Virus record (IMG/VR): IMGVR_UViG_3300031555_004349
Span: 1-64,000 of that record
Direction: 5' to 3' (one strand)
DNA length: 64,000 bases
From: a virus
Taxonomy: Duplodnaviria; Caudoviricetes
Part shown: in pieces, positions 28,476 through 39,473 of the stretch
Numbering within the stretch: position 1 is the first letter of the stretch
Layout: the number at the start of each line of letters is the position of its first letter
Notes under the pieces: generated by a model
The model's database searches: none
What the model was told of the DNA's origin: nothing
Seen by the model: the letters and a program-made list of their open reading frames with translations, nothing else
Made by a program: the position numbers and the translations under genes

Positions 28476-31400
28476 ATGAGTGAAAAAACTTATACTGGAC
28501 AAGAAATAACAGTGCCATTCACACAGGAAGGAACTTTAAAGGGTTTTGAGATAAAAGGTAAAAGTGTTCAAGAAACAAGAGAAGGATATAACTTATTTGA
28601 TATTACTAATGCAACCAATCATTTCATAACTGATGAAGGAGTGGTTGAGAATACCAGTGCTATATTTAGTGGATATATAGAAGTTGAAAACAATACTTAT
28701 GTCACAATAGGAAGTAATAGTTACTGGTATAATATATTAGGTTTTTTTGATGCAGATAAAAATATATTATCAAAAAAATATTTCAATTCAAATAATACAT
28801 TAGATTTAGGTGAATATGCAAGCGATAATATAGAAATTCCAGAGGGAACTGTTTATATAGCAATGTCAGCCTATAAAGAAACAACACAATTGTTATTGGC
28901 ATTTGGACAAGACAAAGAATATGAGCTATATGGGGTGAGCCCAAGTTCGGAATTTCCAAGTGAAATACAAAGCGTTGGAGAAGAGGGTTCAATTGAGTTA
29001 AGACAATATGGAAAGAATCTATTTAATGCGAATGCAATACAAACTTCAAGAATAGTAGTTAGCGATAATGGAAAAACAATTACGATGCCTATTGCTACAT
29101 CTGGAAATGGTTCTGTAAGTACTGGCGCGACTTTATCTGAATTATGTCCTAATTTAAAAGTTGGAGATACAGCTTACTTATTGTTTGATAAAACACCGGC
29201 AGAATATAACAAATATATTTATTTACAGATAAATGGTAACAGTGTGCCATGGAACCAAAATGCTGTCAGAACAATTACGCAAGATGATTTAGATAGTAAA
29301 GTTATATTTTATGGGAATAGATTTAATCAAGGCCAAACAGAACAAGTTGTATTAACTAATTTTAGAGTAACTAAAAATAAAGATGACGAATGGGAAAAGA
29401 ATAGAGACAATAGCTATGTAATACCATTATCACAACCATTAAGAAGTTTATCTAACGGGATATGTGATACAGTAGAGATAGATGGAATACATAGAAAAGT
29501 TGGAAGTGTTGTTTTAGATGGTAGTGATGATGAAGGTTGGACTTTATTCACTTATGGAACTGCTCACGAAAAAACTACAATGTTTGTAAGCGGTGCAATT
29601 ATTGATATGTTAAGGTCTAATGGTGTAGTAATTGATTTTATGTGTAATTTATTTACTGCAAAATCTAATACAGTAACAACATTAAATACAGATAGCCAAT
29701 GGATAATACACGCAATTAATAATAATTTTTATGTTTGTATAGAAAATGAAAAAGCAAGTACAGTAGATGAATTTAAAACTTGGTTATCAGAAAATAATTT
29801 AGAAATAAATTATCAATTAGTAGAAGAAGTAATAGAGCCTTTTGACGAACAACTCCAAATAAAAGTACAGCCTGGAGTAAATACTTTTGCATTAGCTAAT
29901 AATGGTTTACAAACTACAATATCAATCAATGCAAGAGAAATGGTTCCAACAGAGACTCCAGAGATGTATGCAGCAAGAGATGCTCAACCAAATGAAGGAA
30001 CTAGTGTCTCAATTGAAATTTGGACACACGAAGATGAATTTGTAGATACACTATATAATACAGATTATGAATTTGAAGGTCAATGTATAGACCCTAAAAT
30101 TACTCTTAACGCTAATGGCGCAAAAACTTTAACTTTAGGACTGCCATTATATATAATTGATAAAAAAACTTATGAATATATTGAAAATCCGCGCTGGTAT
30201 TATATAACTCAACAATACAAAATTAGAGTTAAACAAGACGAAAATATTAATGAATTTGTATTAAAAGATTATACAGAATCTCATGATGTAAATGACCAAT
30301 TAATGATTAATATAAATGCTCAAAGTTTGGAAGAGTTTGAATTGTCACAAACAGGTTATAATATAACTTTTGATGAAAATACTTTATATAAATATAATTC
30401 AAACGAAGACCCAAATGACCCAGATACAGTTCCAATTGGTGTTTATGACGCAGATATACATTTTTGGAACGAAAAGCTATTAGAAAATTCTGAATGGAAA
30501 TATAGAGTTGAAAGTTATTATCCTCTTGATACAGATGAAGATTTAATAGAAGATAATAGACAAAAAATAAATCCAGATTTAGAATATAAAAATGGACCTG
30601 AACAATTCTACGAAGCCGACAGAATAATTGATTATAATGAAAATAACGAACCTCAAAAAGACCCAAATGGTTATGAAGTTAAAAAGAGAGTAGTAAAAGC
30701 TTCAAAATCAAATATTTTTAATATAGTTCAAGATATTTGTGAAGCTTTTGAATGTTGGCCTACTTTTGAAATAAAGTACAAAGATGAAAAAATTGTAGAA
30801 AAAACTATTGTATATAAGAATGATGTTCCTCAAGACGCAAAATTTTCAGTTAATTATCAAACAAACTTAAATTCAATCGAAAGAGTTGTAGATAGTTCAC
30901 AAATAGTAACAAAAATGTATGTTACTCCAATTGAAAATTCTAATGTGGATAATGGAACAATTACAATTGCAACTAATGGCAAAAACTTTATGAAAGAAAG
31001 TTATTTATTAGATTTAAGTTGGTATTTAGGAGAAAATCGCGCTGATACTGAATTATCAAATGCATCTCTAATTGACCCTAATATTGGAATGACCTTTGCA
31101 GAGTCAAAATATACCGAACCTCAATTTGAGTTAACAACGACAACTAATACCACTGATACTATTAAGACTTATGAAAAAAATATAAGAAATAGAAATACTT
31201 ATATTGAAAATACTTCTTTACAATTGAGCAAAGACCAACAAGAACTAATAAATTTAAAAACTGAACGAGAATATGTGCAAAGTCAAAAAGATAGCGCACA
31301 AGAAATCGTAAACAATTTAGTAGATGAAATGGCATTAATTGGAACTACTGAATTAAGAAAAGAAAATAAAGCTTGCTATTTATATACACAAAATAATGTA

Positions 31401-34400
31401 ACAATTATTAGATTTTCTGAAATTGGTATTAAAGCTTTACCAAGCGCCGAAACTTTTAATAGTGCTATTAATATAATAAATGATGAAGGTTTACCTTATT
31501 ACGATGAAAGCCAAATTCCTGAAAATTTAAGTGAAAATGAATGGAATAATATTAAAACTTTACAATTAGTAACTTATAAAGTAGACCCTATAATTGGAAC
31601 TATTTTAGAGGCGCAAGTTGTGAATGGTAAAATTGGTACGGAAGCTGACTATGCTTCTTTCAAATGTAGCTTTGATTATGACCCTTATGACTATTATAAA
31701 AAATTAATAGCTTATTGGCGCGCGAAAATTACTGGTTTTGAAAATCGTTTAGTTGTTTTGGGCAAAAGTCGTGAAGATGGTGGTACAAACGGTTTAATTT
31801 ACGATTTAGAAACTAAAGTATTAATGGAAAAACAAAATGTTTATCTTGCCCAAAAAGAAAAAAATCAAGTAATAAAAGAATTTGAAAATAAATTTACACC
31901 TTATATTAGAGAAGGTTACTGGGAAAATACCGATTTTGGAATTTATATGAACCAAAATCAAGTTCAAACTCATATACCTGATGAAGAAATGGTGTTAAAA
32001 TACGGACAAACAGAAGAAAGCACAGGAACGAATGAAGAAAAATTTGATTGGACAAAAGATTATATATGTTTTCAAATTCCAAATCAATTAATACAAAATG
32101 CTGAAGGAGATAAAACTTCTTTATATAATATTATTGATATAAATGAAATTGAAGCTATGAATGATAATCCTTCAAATAGTTTAAATACTGAATTTAGAAC
32201 ATATATTAAAGGAACAGATTTTTCAATTAATTATGGTTACTCTTCGGCGACTTGTGACACAGAAAATAGAGGAATTTATATTTGTTTTTATAGACCTGAA
32301 TCTGCAACAACTGAAGAAACTTTAATGTCTGCAAATACACAAATTTACGTTAGAGTAAAACCTCGTGGAAATAATCAGTTTATTTGGTCTGGTTTTATTA
32401 AACCTAGTTTTTATACTGAGAATGATGAACAAAAACGTAAATGGTTCTGTCCTCTAGAACAAAGAATTACAATTACAGACACAGATATTATTTTATCTTC
32501 CATTAAAGTTAAACTTAATACTGCAAAAATCAACTTTGAAAACAATAATCCAATAATTGATAAAACTCAATATGAATTAGTTTATGGAAAAGATTATTAC
32601 ACAAGTAAAGAAATTGTTGATGGTAAAACAGTTTCACGAATTACTTTTTATCAAACTACAAATGTTCCTTTAATGATTTTTGATGGAGAAAACAATAATT
32701 ATACTATTGAATATAATCAAGATATTACGGCAAAATATTATTATAATGACGCTCTTGAAGTAATGAAAGAATCTTCAGTACCTCAAACAACTTATAATAT
32801 TAGCGTATTAGATATTTCAGAAGCTGAAAACTTTTTAACTAATTTAAGATGGTACAAACCTCAAGTTGGCACAAGAGTACCAATTTATGACGAAGAATTA
32901 AGATTTAAAGGGTTAGTTGGATTTATTAATTCTATTACTTTTGATTTATTAAATCCACAAAATACACAATTATCAATTACAAACTTTAAAGATAAATTTG
33001 TTGATTTATTCCAAAAAATTACAGCTAGTACGATTGCCCTTCAATCAAAAGAATATGCTTACGATAGGTCAACTCAAATAGTTACAGTTGAAGGTGGAAT
33101 TAATGAGACAATTTTAAAGGATACTTTTGAAAAACCTGAAAGTTCTTTCAAAGTTAGCGCGAACAGTAACGTTACTTGGGATTATACAGGTATAACAGCT
33201 GTAAGTAATACTTTAAATGAAAATGGCGTTTATGCAAAAATGAAAGTAACTTCAGAAGGTATTTTTACAGCTACAGAAAAAGATGCTTATGGAAATTATG
33301 TTTGGACAACTGCGATTACTCCACAAGGTATTAATGCAAGTCAATTAACTCTTGGTAAATTAGATACTAGACAAATTCAAATTTTTAATAGTTCTGAACC
33401 AAGATTTTTATGGAACGAAAATGGTTTATATGCTTATGGACAAAATGAAGGAAAAACAGATTATGAGACTTATGTATTATATAATGAAAATGGAATTAAA
33501 TTTAGACAATTAATGCATAATACAAATAGTGTCCTTTTAACTAACCTTATAAAAACTCCTAATTTTAATCCAGTTTCAGATTGGGAATTAAATTCTACTG
33601 ATGGTGACATTTTCACAGCAACTAGTATTGAAGAAGTGGAAGTAGAAGGAGGAGCCACTGTTCCAGCTTGTCAATTAACACTTACCGATGGACAAGTAAG
33701 TAGCGATGTTACTTTTAATTCATCTTCAACAAGAAAAGATTTATTAAGTAACCATAAATATTATTATAGAGTATATATTAAAGTAAATGGAATTCCCGAA
33801 CTTTCTAGTATTGATATTAATGGAGGTTTTACAGGATTTTATAAAAATATACAATATTCACAAAATAATCAGTATATAAAAATAGATGGTTTTGTAACAG
33901 GAGTTACCGATACAAATAAATTTGGAATACAAGTAGTTTTACCAGAAAAAATTAATAATTGGTCTGTTATAGTTAAAAAACCAATGATAATAGATGTAAC
34001 AGATAGCTTCGGAGAAACTATACCTTCTTTAAAATGGTTTAGTGATTTACCTGATATTACAGATACTTACACATGGACAACAGAAATGGATGTTTATGGA
34101 GATAGTCTAAGGTTAGATTGGGGTGGATTAACTATTGGCGCACAAAACAATAGTTTACAATTAACATCTGAGGATGGTTTAGTTATTTATCATCCTGTTA
34201 CTACAGAAACAAACAATGAAAAACGTGTAAGATTACAATTAGGACAATGGACAGGAAAAGCTGTTAAAAATGGTACTGAAGTGGTTTATGAAGAACTATA
34301 TGGTCTTCGCGCGAATAATTTAGATGGAGATATGATTTTCCAAATTACTCAACATGGTGTAGAATTTGATTTCACCAGTGACTTGGAAAATACAATTAGC

Positions 34401-35360
34401 AATTATTCAAAAGAAGCAGCTTTAGGTGCAATCGCTTCTACGAGTACCGCCAACTTATTGAAAAACTCTTGCGGCTATGTTTATACAGAACTTAAAGATG
34501 CAAATGGAAATCCTAATGGTTTCTATAAATTTGCAGAATGGACCGTTACCAACTATCAATTTGTTTTCCCAATTAATTACACCTTCGAAGAAATTAACAA
34601 AGATGGAGAACGAAAACCAATTGTGGATAATACTTTTTCAAGACACGCCTTTAAATTAACAGGTGATACAACAGGTCTTGAGCCTACAATTGAACAAAAG
34701 GTAACAGTAGCAAACATTATTGATACAACAAGTAACGAAGTTGATAAGCCTTTTACTTTTAAATTTTTAATGAAGGGAAGTAATGTGCATACAGATGCAA
34801 TATCTTGCGGTATTCGTTTAGAAATGACTGATGCAAGTAATCAAGTTAATGAAGTTAGAGATATACCTTATACTGCAACAGATGGTGGTTGGCAAATAGT
34901 ACAAGAAACAATTCGTACAAGAATGTCTGATTTTACTATTAAAATTACTAATAAATCAAAAATTACTTATGATGACAATGGTGATATTGCAACAGGTATA
35001 ATTTATTTGTCAGACTTAATGGTTACTTCCGGAGAAGATACACCTTCTTGGACAGTTTCACCTGGTGAAATTTATAATAACTATGTAACAATCGGTAGTG
35101 AGGGTGTTGTAGTTACTTCCGGTAGCGAAACTGGTTTAACGGTCAGAACAGTTATGGATTCTCACTCATTTAGAGTTGAAACTATAAATCAAAATGACCA
35201 AGTTAGTACTAATATTCTAGTTGATGAAGATAGTACGATTTTAGGTCCTACAGAAGTTAGAGGACAATTAGATATTGGTATTTTGAGTCGTTTAAGATTT
35301 ACTGAATATAATGATACAGACGGAAAAGACTCAGGAGTCGATATTACATTAATTATATAA
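28476..35360 (+). CDS. Large tail tip/baseplate hub (Tal-like) protein, 2294 aa
   Basis: Follows Dit; SNIFNIVQDICEAFECW, NLNSIERVVDS and ITPQGINASQLTLGKLDT motifs. Confidence 0.75.
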   Translation: MSEKTYTGQEITVPFTQEGTLKGFEIKGKSVQETREGYNLFDITNATNHFITDEGVVENTSAIFSGYIEVENNTYVTIGSNSYWYNILGFFDADKNILSKKYFNSNNTLDLGEYASDNIEIPEGTVYIAMSAYKETTQLLLAFGQDKEYELYGVSPSSEFPSEIQSVGEEGSIELRQYGKNLFNANAIQTSRIVVSDNGKTITMPIATSGNGSVSTGATLSELCPNLKVGDTAYLLFDKTPAEYNKYIYLQINGNSVPWNQNAVRTITQDDLDSKVIFYGNRFNQGQTEQVVLTNFRVTKNKDDEWEKNRDNSYVIPLSQPLRSLSNGICDTVEIDGIHRKVGSVVLDGSDDEGWTLFTYGTAHEKTTMFVSGAIIDMLRSNGVVIDFMCNLFTAKSNTVTTLNTDSQWIIHAINNNFYVCIENEKASTVDEFKTWLSENNLEINYQLVEEVIEPFDEQLQIKVQPGVNTFALANNGLQTTISINAREMVPTETPEMYAARDAQPNEGTSVSIEIWTHEDEFVDTLYNTDYEFEGQCIDPKITLNANGAKTLTLGLPLYIIDKKTYEYIENPRWYYITQQYKIRVKQDENINEFVLKDYTESHDVNDQLMININAQSLEEFELSQTGYNITFDENTLYKYNSNEDPNDPDTVPIGVYDADIHFWNEKLLENSEWKYRVESYYPLDTDEDLIEDNRQKINPDLEYKNGPEQFYEADRIIDYNENNEPQKDPNGYEVKKRVVKASKSNIFNIVQDICEAFECWPTFEIKYKDEKIVEKTIVYKNDVPQDAKFSVNYQTNLNSIERVVDSSQIVTKMYVTPIENSNVDNGTITIATNGKNFMKESYLLDLSWYLGENRADTELSNASLIDPNIGMTFAESKYTEPQFELTTTTNTTDTIKTYEKNIRNRNTYIENTSLQLSKDQQELINLKTEREYVQSQKDSAQEIVNNLVDEMALIGTTELRKENKACYLYTQNNVTIIRFSEIGIKALPSAETFNSAINIINDEGLPYYDESQIPENLSENEWNNIKTLQLVTYKVDPIIGTILEAQVVNGKIGTEADYASFKCSFDYDPYDYYKKLIAYWRAKITGFENRLVVLGKSREDGGTNGLIYDLETKVLMEKQNVYLAQKEKNQVIKEFENKFTPYIREGYWENTDFGIYMNQNQVQTHIPDEEMVLKYGQTEESTGTNEEKFDWTKDYICFQIPNQLIQNAEGDKTSLYNIIDINEIEAMNDNPSNSLNTEFRTYIKGTDFSINYGYSSATCDTENRGIYICFYRPESATTEETLMSANTQIYVRVKPRGNNQFIWSGFIKPSFYTENDEQKRKWFCPLEQRITITDTDIILSSIKVKLNTAKINFENNNPIIDKTQYELVYGKDYYTSKEIVDGKTVSRITFYQTTNVPLMIFDGENNNYTIEYNQDITAKYYYNDALEVMKESSVPQTTYNISVLDISEAENFLTNLRWYKPQVGTRVPIYDEELRFKGLVGFINSITFDLLNPQNTQLSITNFKDKFVDLFQKITASTIALQSKEYAYDRSTQIVTVEGGINETILKDTFEKPESSFKVSANSNVTWDYTGITAVSNTLNENGVYAKMKVTSEGIFTATEKDAYGNYVWTTAITPQGINASQLTLGKLDTRQIQIFNSSEPRFLWNENGLYAYGQNEGKTDYETYVLYNENGIKFRQLMHNTNSVLLTNLIKTPNFNPVSDWELNSTDGDIFTATSIEEVEVEGGATVPACQLTLTDGQVSSDVTFNSSSTRKDLLSNHKYYYRVYIKVNGIPELSSIDINGGFTGFYKNIQYSQNNQYIKIDGFVTGVTDTNKFGIQVVLPEKINNWSVIVKKPMIIDVTDSFGETIPSLKWFSDLPDITDTYTWTTEMDVYGDSLRLDWGGLTIGAQNNSLQLTSEDGLVIYHPVTTETNNEKRVRLQLGQWTGKAVKNGTEVVYEELYGLRANNLDGDMIFQITQHGVEFDFTSDLENTISNYSKEAALGAIASTSTANLLKNSCGYVYTELKDANGNPNGFYKFAEWTVTNYQFVFPINYTFEEINKDGERKPIVDNTFSRHAFKLTGDTTGLEPTIEQKVTVANIIDTTSNEVDKPFTFKFLMKGSNVHTDAISCGIRLEMTDASNQVNEVRDIPYTATDGGWQIVQETIRTRMSDFTIKITNKSKITYDDNGDIATGIIYLSDLMVTSGEDTPSWTVSPGEIYNNYVTIGSEGVVVTSGSETGLTVRTVMDSHSFRVETINQNDQVSTNILVDEDSTILGPTEVRGQLDIGILSRLRFTEYNDTDGKDSGVDITLII

Positions 35361-35369
35361 AAGGATAAA

Positions 35370-35399
35370 ACAAAAGAGAGAATAAAATCTCTCTTTTGT
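35370..35399 (+). terminator. Stem-loop, probable terminator
   Basis: ACAAAAGAGAGA-ataaaa-TCTCTCTTTTGT. Confidence 0.6.
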
Positions 35400-35421
35400 A
35401 TTTTATAAAAGGAGGAATAAA

Positions 35422-38400
35422 ATGGGCACAGGAAATTCGGGAAGATATACCTTTAGTACTGGTAGTACGGCTTTAAAAGGTTATGTAGATTGGACAGAAA
35501 CATATGATGATTCAACATATCTTACAACTAATCAAACTACAGTTACGCAAAAGGCATATATATACAGAACCAATACTTATAGTGGAAATTATAATATAGC
35601 TGCAAAATATACAAGAACATTTTATTTTGGTTCAGAAACAGTAGGAACAACTGCTAAAGCAACCCTTACAGTAGGACCAAATCCGCCAGGAGACCCTACA
35701 CTTGTATATGAAGCTAGTATGGTAATTACTCACGATGCAGACGGTGCAAAATCAATCACTTTAGGATTTGAAGCAGATACTCCAACTGTTGATGTTGGTG
35801 GTTACGATGTTTCTAAAGTAACTAGTACGGTAACTTTAATGACAGTTCCTAGAGCATCTTCTATAAGCAACACTCCAAGTTGGACTGCACCAGGAAGTGT
35901 GACCTGTAATATTAGTAGAAAAACTGATGCTTTTACTCACACAGTTTGGTTAGATGTAACAGATTCGAATGGAACTTGGCAAAATATAGGAAGTCTAACT
36001 GGACAAGGAGCAAGTGCAACTTTTAATACAGAAGCAGTAATGAAAAATGCTTATACTTATTTAGCTCAAAGAGCATCAACTTCAGCTCGTTTTCGTATTC
36101 AAACTTATAATGGTTCTACTGCAATTGGTAGTCAAGTTACAAGTGGTACTGGTACATGTTATGCAGCAAATGCTAATACAGCAACTGCGCCAACTTTCAC
36201 AGCTACGAATAGTGCAACTACGACAATTACAAAAGGCAATAGTTCTTTTACAAGTTATGCAGAAGTTTGGATAAATAGTCAATGTATTGGTAGTTATTCG
36301 GGAGGTGCTACTTCATGGAGTTTTAATACTGATGTTACACTTAGAACAAGATGTTTTACTGGATTAGCGCAAAATGCAAGTTTATCATATTTAGTTAGAA
36401 CTTGGACATACTATTCAGGAGTACAGGTTCAAGGTTATACAGATGCTTGGGGTACTTGTAATGCACCTGCAGTAAATACAATTACTGCACCAACTTGGAC
36501 AGGAGGATATCAATTTAGTTCGACAGTTTCTACAGCAGATAGTGCTTTATCGCGCGCTGTAACATTACAAATTGCTGATTCAAGTGGAAATTGGGTAACT
36601 GTTCAATCATCTGGAGTAACTAGTTCCACAACTATTACTTGGGATGGTTCAAGTACAACTAGAGATATAATTTTTCCAACTTTAAATGGAAGGACTTCAA
36701 CTAGTTCTAGATTTTTACTGACAACTTACTATAATGGTGTTCAAGTTAGAGGTGCAAACGCTGTAACTTCAGGAACTTGTACAGCACCTACTGCAATTAG
36801 TTGTAATGCTCCAACTTGGTATGCTAATCAAACTTATAGTATGAGTTTTAGCTATGCTTTTCCAAGTTGGCTTGAGTGTAGTTCTTATGTAGATGTTAAA
36901 GATAGTAGTGGAAGTTGGTATCGTATATTTAGTGGTGGTTTTTCAAATTATTTAACTGCAGCAATTGCATTTAATGCCTATACGGAAAAAAGAAAAGAAT
37001 GTTTTCAAGTGTTGGCACAAGCGGCTTCAAGGGAGACAAGAGCCTTAATTACAACTTATTATGTTTCAAGTTCAGGAACCTATGTTCAAGTTAGAAGTAC
37101 AGTAACAGTTTCTGGTACTTTAAATGCTCCAGCAGCGAGTACTTTAAGTACAACTCCTTCATGGATAGCAGGAGATTCAATGACTTGCAATATTTCTAGA
37201 GTAGATGATAATTTTACACATACTTTAGTAATTTCAGTTGGAGGGAAAACAAAAACAATAACTGGTATTGGAACTTCTACTACTTTTGGTACATCTGAGG
37301 CGGATAGAATTTTATTTTATGAAGCTTTAAACAGTGCAGCTTCAGCTTCTGTTTCAACACAATTAACAACATATTATTCTGGTGTGCAAGTTAGAACTGC
37401 AACGAGTGCGTCAGGTACATTATCCGCGCCATCGGTCTCAACTATTACCATTCCAACGTGGACTGCAGGTAATAGTTTTACTGCAACAATTACGCCATCG
37501 AAAGATTATTTAGTTAACTCAATTCAATTGAAAGTTAATAATACAGTAGTAGAAAAATATGATTATCAAACTGTTACCTCTATTGGTTTTATGAGTACTA
37601 CTGAACTAAGTATGTTAGCTTATCAAGCCCTTGCTCAACAAGCAAGTGCAACTGCAAGTTTTATAGTAACTATGTATTATAAAACAAGTAGTAATACTTA
37701 TATACAGGTAAATGCTTCTAAAACAACAAATGGAACTTGTACAGCTCTAGAGGCTAGTACAATTACTGCGCCTAACTGGACTGCAGGTTCAACTTTTACT
37801 GCAACTATTAGTAAAAAATCATTAAACTTATATGAAGTTGTAAGATTAAAAGTAAATGGACAATTGGTGCAAGAATATCCAATACAAGGTAGCACAAGTT
37901 TAACTTATGCTTTAACTTTTGCTAACACAAAAGATATTAATACAAAAATATATAGCGCTTTGGCGCAAGCAGCTTCAAAAACTGCGACATTAGAGATTGT
38001 TACTTATTTTGGTACTAGTACAACTAATGTACAACAAGTTAGAAGTACAGTTGTTGCAACTGGTGTTTGTAACGCTTCAGAAGCAGTAGTTGGAAACTTG
38101 ACTTTGAGTCAGACTCCTGCTATAATTGATAATACAGAGATAACTTGTAATTTAACTAAAGCATTATCAGATTATACAGTTGTTATTGATGTAAGTTGTA
38201 ACGGAGTTGTGATAACAAGTTTAACTCCTGCTGATACAGAAACAAGTGCAATATTTAATAGCGCAGATTATGTAAATGAATTATATCAATCTATTCCAAC
38301 ACAAAAAAGTGGTTCTTTACAATTCAAAGTAATTACTTATTACAATGGAGTACAAGTGCAACAGCCAAAAACAGTTGCAGTTGATATAAATGCTAACGAA

Positions 38401-39429
38401 GAAACTGTTAAAATAAAAATAAATGAAGAAATTGCACTTACAACAAAAGCTAATGTATTTACAGAAATTGAAAAAGTTTTTATAGACGACACTAGTATGA
38501 TAGCTTCTAAATTGAGTAATTTAGCAATTTCAATTGCTGAAGGTTATTTTTATTTGGAAAACAAATATGGTGGTTATATTACACAAATTAAAGCGCAAAT
38601 TTCTAACTCTTCAGGAATGATGCAAACTTTTAGTTTTACAAGTAACGATGTAATATTAAATAATGAAAAAACTCGAATTGTTTCTACTGCTTTCTTAGAT
38701 ACTGATGCAATTGTAATGGGTCCTTATGATTTTATGGATGTTACAACTGCGGGAACAGTTTATAATTTAAATATTGTTGCTACAGACTCAAGAGGGTATA
38801 GTACTACAAAAGTAATTCCTTTAAAAATATTCCCTTATTCTGCACCAACAATAAAACTGGATAAGAAAGCAACAGTTAGAGGAACGGGTGATAATAATAA
38901 ATATTGTATTATTAATTTAAATGGTACTATTTCTTCTTTATTTACAGAATCAACTGGAGAAAAAGTACAAACTAACTTAATTGATACTCTTTCATTAGAA
39001 TATAAGACTTATGGGTCAACAGGAGCATATAGTATTTATAATATAACTGCTTATACTTATAACGATACTTATACAGCTTATAATTTAACTAGTTTCTCAA
39101 CTGCAGGAACAGGAATTTCTGATTTTGATATAAGTTCAACTTATGAATTAAAAGTAACAGTTAAAGATGCTTTTGGAAAGACAAATTCTGATAGTATTAT
39201 TATATTACCAGACAGACCAGCATTAAGCTTCAGAGACCAAAGAATCGGTATTAATATTATTCCAAGAAAATTAGGAAGTTTTATAGAACGTGAGTCAACT
39301 GATGATGAAAATCCTTCATTAGATGTAAATGGCTATATTTATTCAAACGGTAGAGAAGTACCTACTTTTGTATATCAAATGAAAGAAAATGATGAAGGAG
39401 AATTAGTAATAGATGAATGGACAATTTAG
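35422..39429 (+). CDS. Tail fibre/adhesin-like minor structural protein with tandem repeats
   Basis: N-terminal ITHDADGAKSI...VPRAS siphovirus motif; about eight Thr/Ser-rich ~100-aa repeats. Confidence 0.7.
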   Translation: MGTGNSGRYTFSTGSTALKGYVDWTETYDDSTYLTTNQTTVTQKAYIYRTNTYSGNYNIAAKYTRTFYFGSETVGTTAKATLTVGPNPPGDPTLVYEASMVITHDADGAKSITLGFEADTPTVDVGGYDVSKVTSTVTLMTVPRASSISNTPSWTAPGSVTCNISRKTDAFTHTVWLDVTDSNGTWQNIGSLTGQGASATFNTEAVMKNAYTYLAQRASTSARFRIQTYNGSTAIGSQVTSGTGTCYAANANTATAPTFTATNSATTTITKGNSSFTSYAEVWINSQCIGSYSGGATSWSFNTDVTLRTRCFTGLAQNASLSYLVRTWTYYSGVQVQGYTDAWGTCNAPAVNTITAPTWTGGYQFSSTVSTADSALSRAVTLQIADSSGNWVTVQSSGVTSSTTITWDGSSTTRDIIFPTLNGRTSTSSRFLLTTYYNGVQVRGANAVTSGTCTAPTAISCNAPTWYANQTYSMSFSYAFPSWLECSSYVDVKDSSGSWYRIFSGGFSNYLTAAIAFNAYTEKRKECFQVLAQAASRETRALITTYYVSSSGTYVQVRSTVTVSGTLNAPAASTLSTTPSWIAGDSMTCNISRVDDNFTHTLVISVGGKTKTITGIGTSTTFGTSEADRILFYEALNSAASASVSTQLTTYYSGVQVRTATSASGTLSAPSVSTITIPTWTAGNSFTATITPSKDYLVNSIQLKVNNTVVEKYDYQTVTSIGFMSTTELSMLAYQALAQQASATASFIVTMYYKTSSNTYIQVNASKTTNGTCTALEASTITAPNWTAGSTFTATISKKSLNLYEVVRLKVNGQLVQEYPIQGSTSLTYALTFANTKDINTKIYSALAQAASKTATLEIVTYFGTSTTNVQQVRSTVVATGVCNASEAVVGNLTLSQTPAIIDNTEITCNLTKALSDYTVVIDVSCNGVVITSLTPADTETSAIFNSADYVNELYQSIPTQKSGSLQFKVITYYNGVQVQQPKTVAVDINANEETVKIKINEEIALTTKANVFTEIEKVFIDDTSMIASKLSNLAISIAEGYFYLENKYGGYITQIKAQISNSSGMMQTFSFTSNDVILNNEKTRIVSTAFLDTDAIVMGPYDFMDVTTAGTVYNLNIVATDSRGYSTTKVIPLKIFPYSAPTIKLDKKATVRGTGDNNKYCIINLNGTISSLFTESTGEKVQTNLIDTLSLEYKTYGSTGAYSIYNITAYTYNDTYTAYNLTSFSTAGTGISDFDISSTYELKVTVKDAFGKTNSDSIIILPDRPALSFRDQRIGINIIPRKLGSFIERESTDDENPSLDVNGYIYSNGREVPTFVYQMKENDEGELVIDEWTI

Positions 39430-39449
39430 CGTTAACGCGCTAAATTGTC
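39420..39449. other. 12-bp perfect stem-loop over the fibre stop codon
   Basis: GACAATTTAGCG-ttaacg-CGCTAAATTGTC. Confidence 0.65.
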
Positions 39450-39473
39450 TTGTGATAAAAGGAGGCTTGTTTT

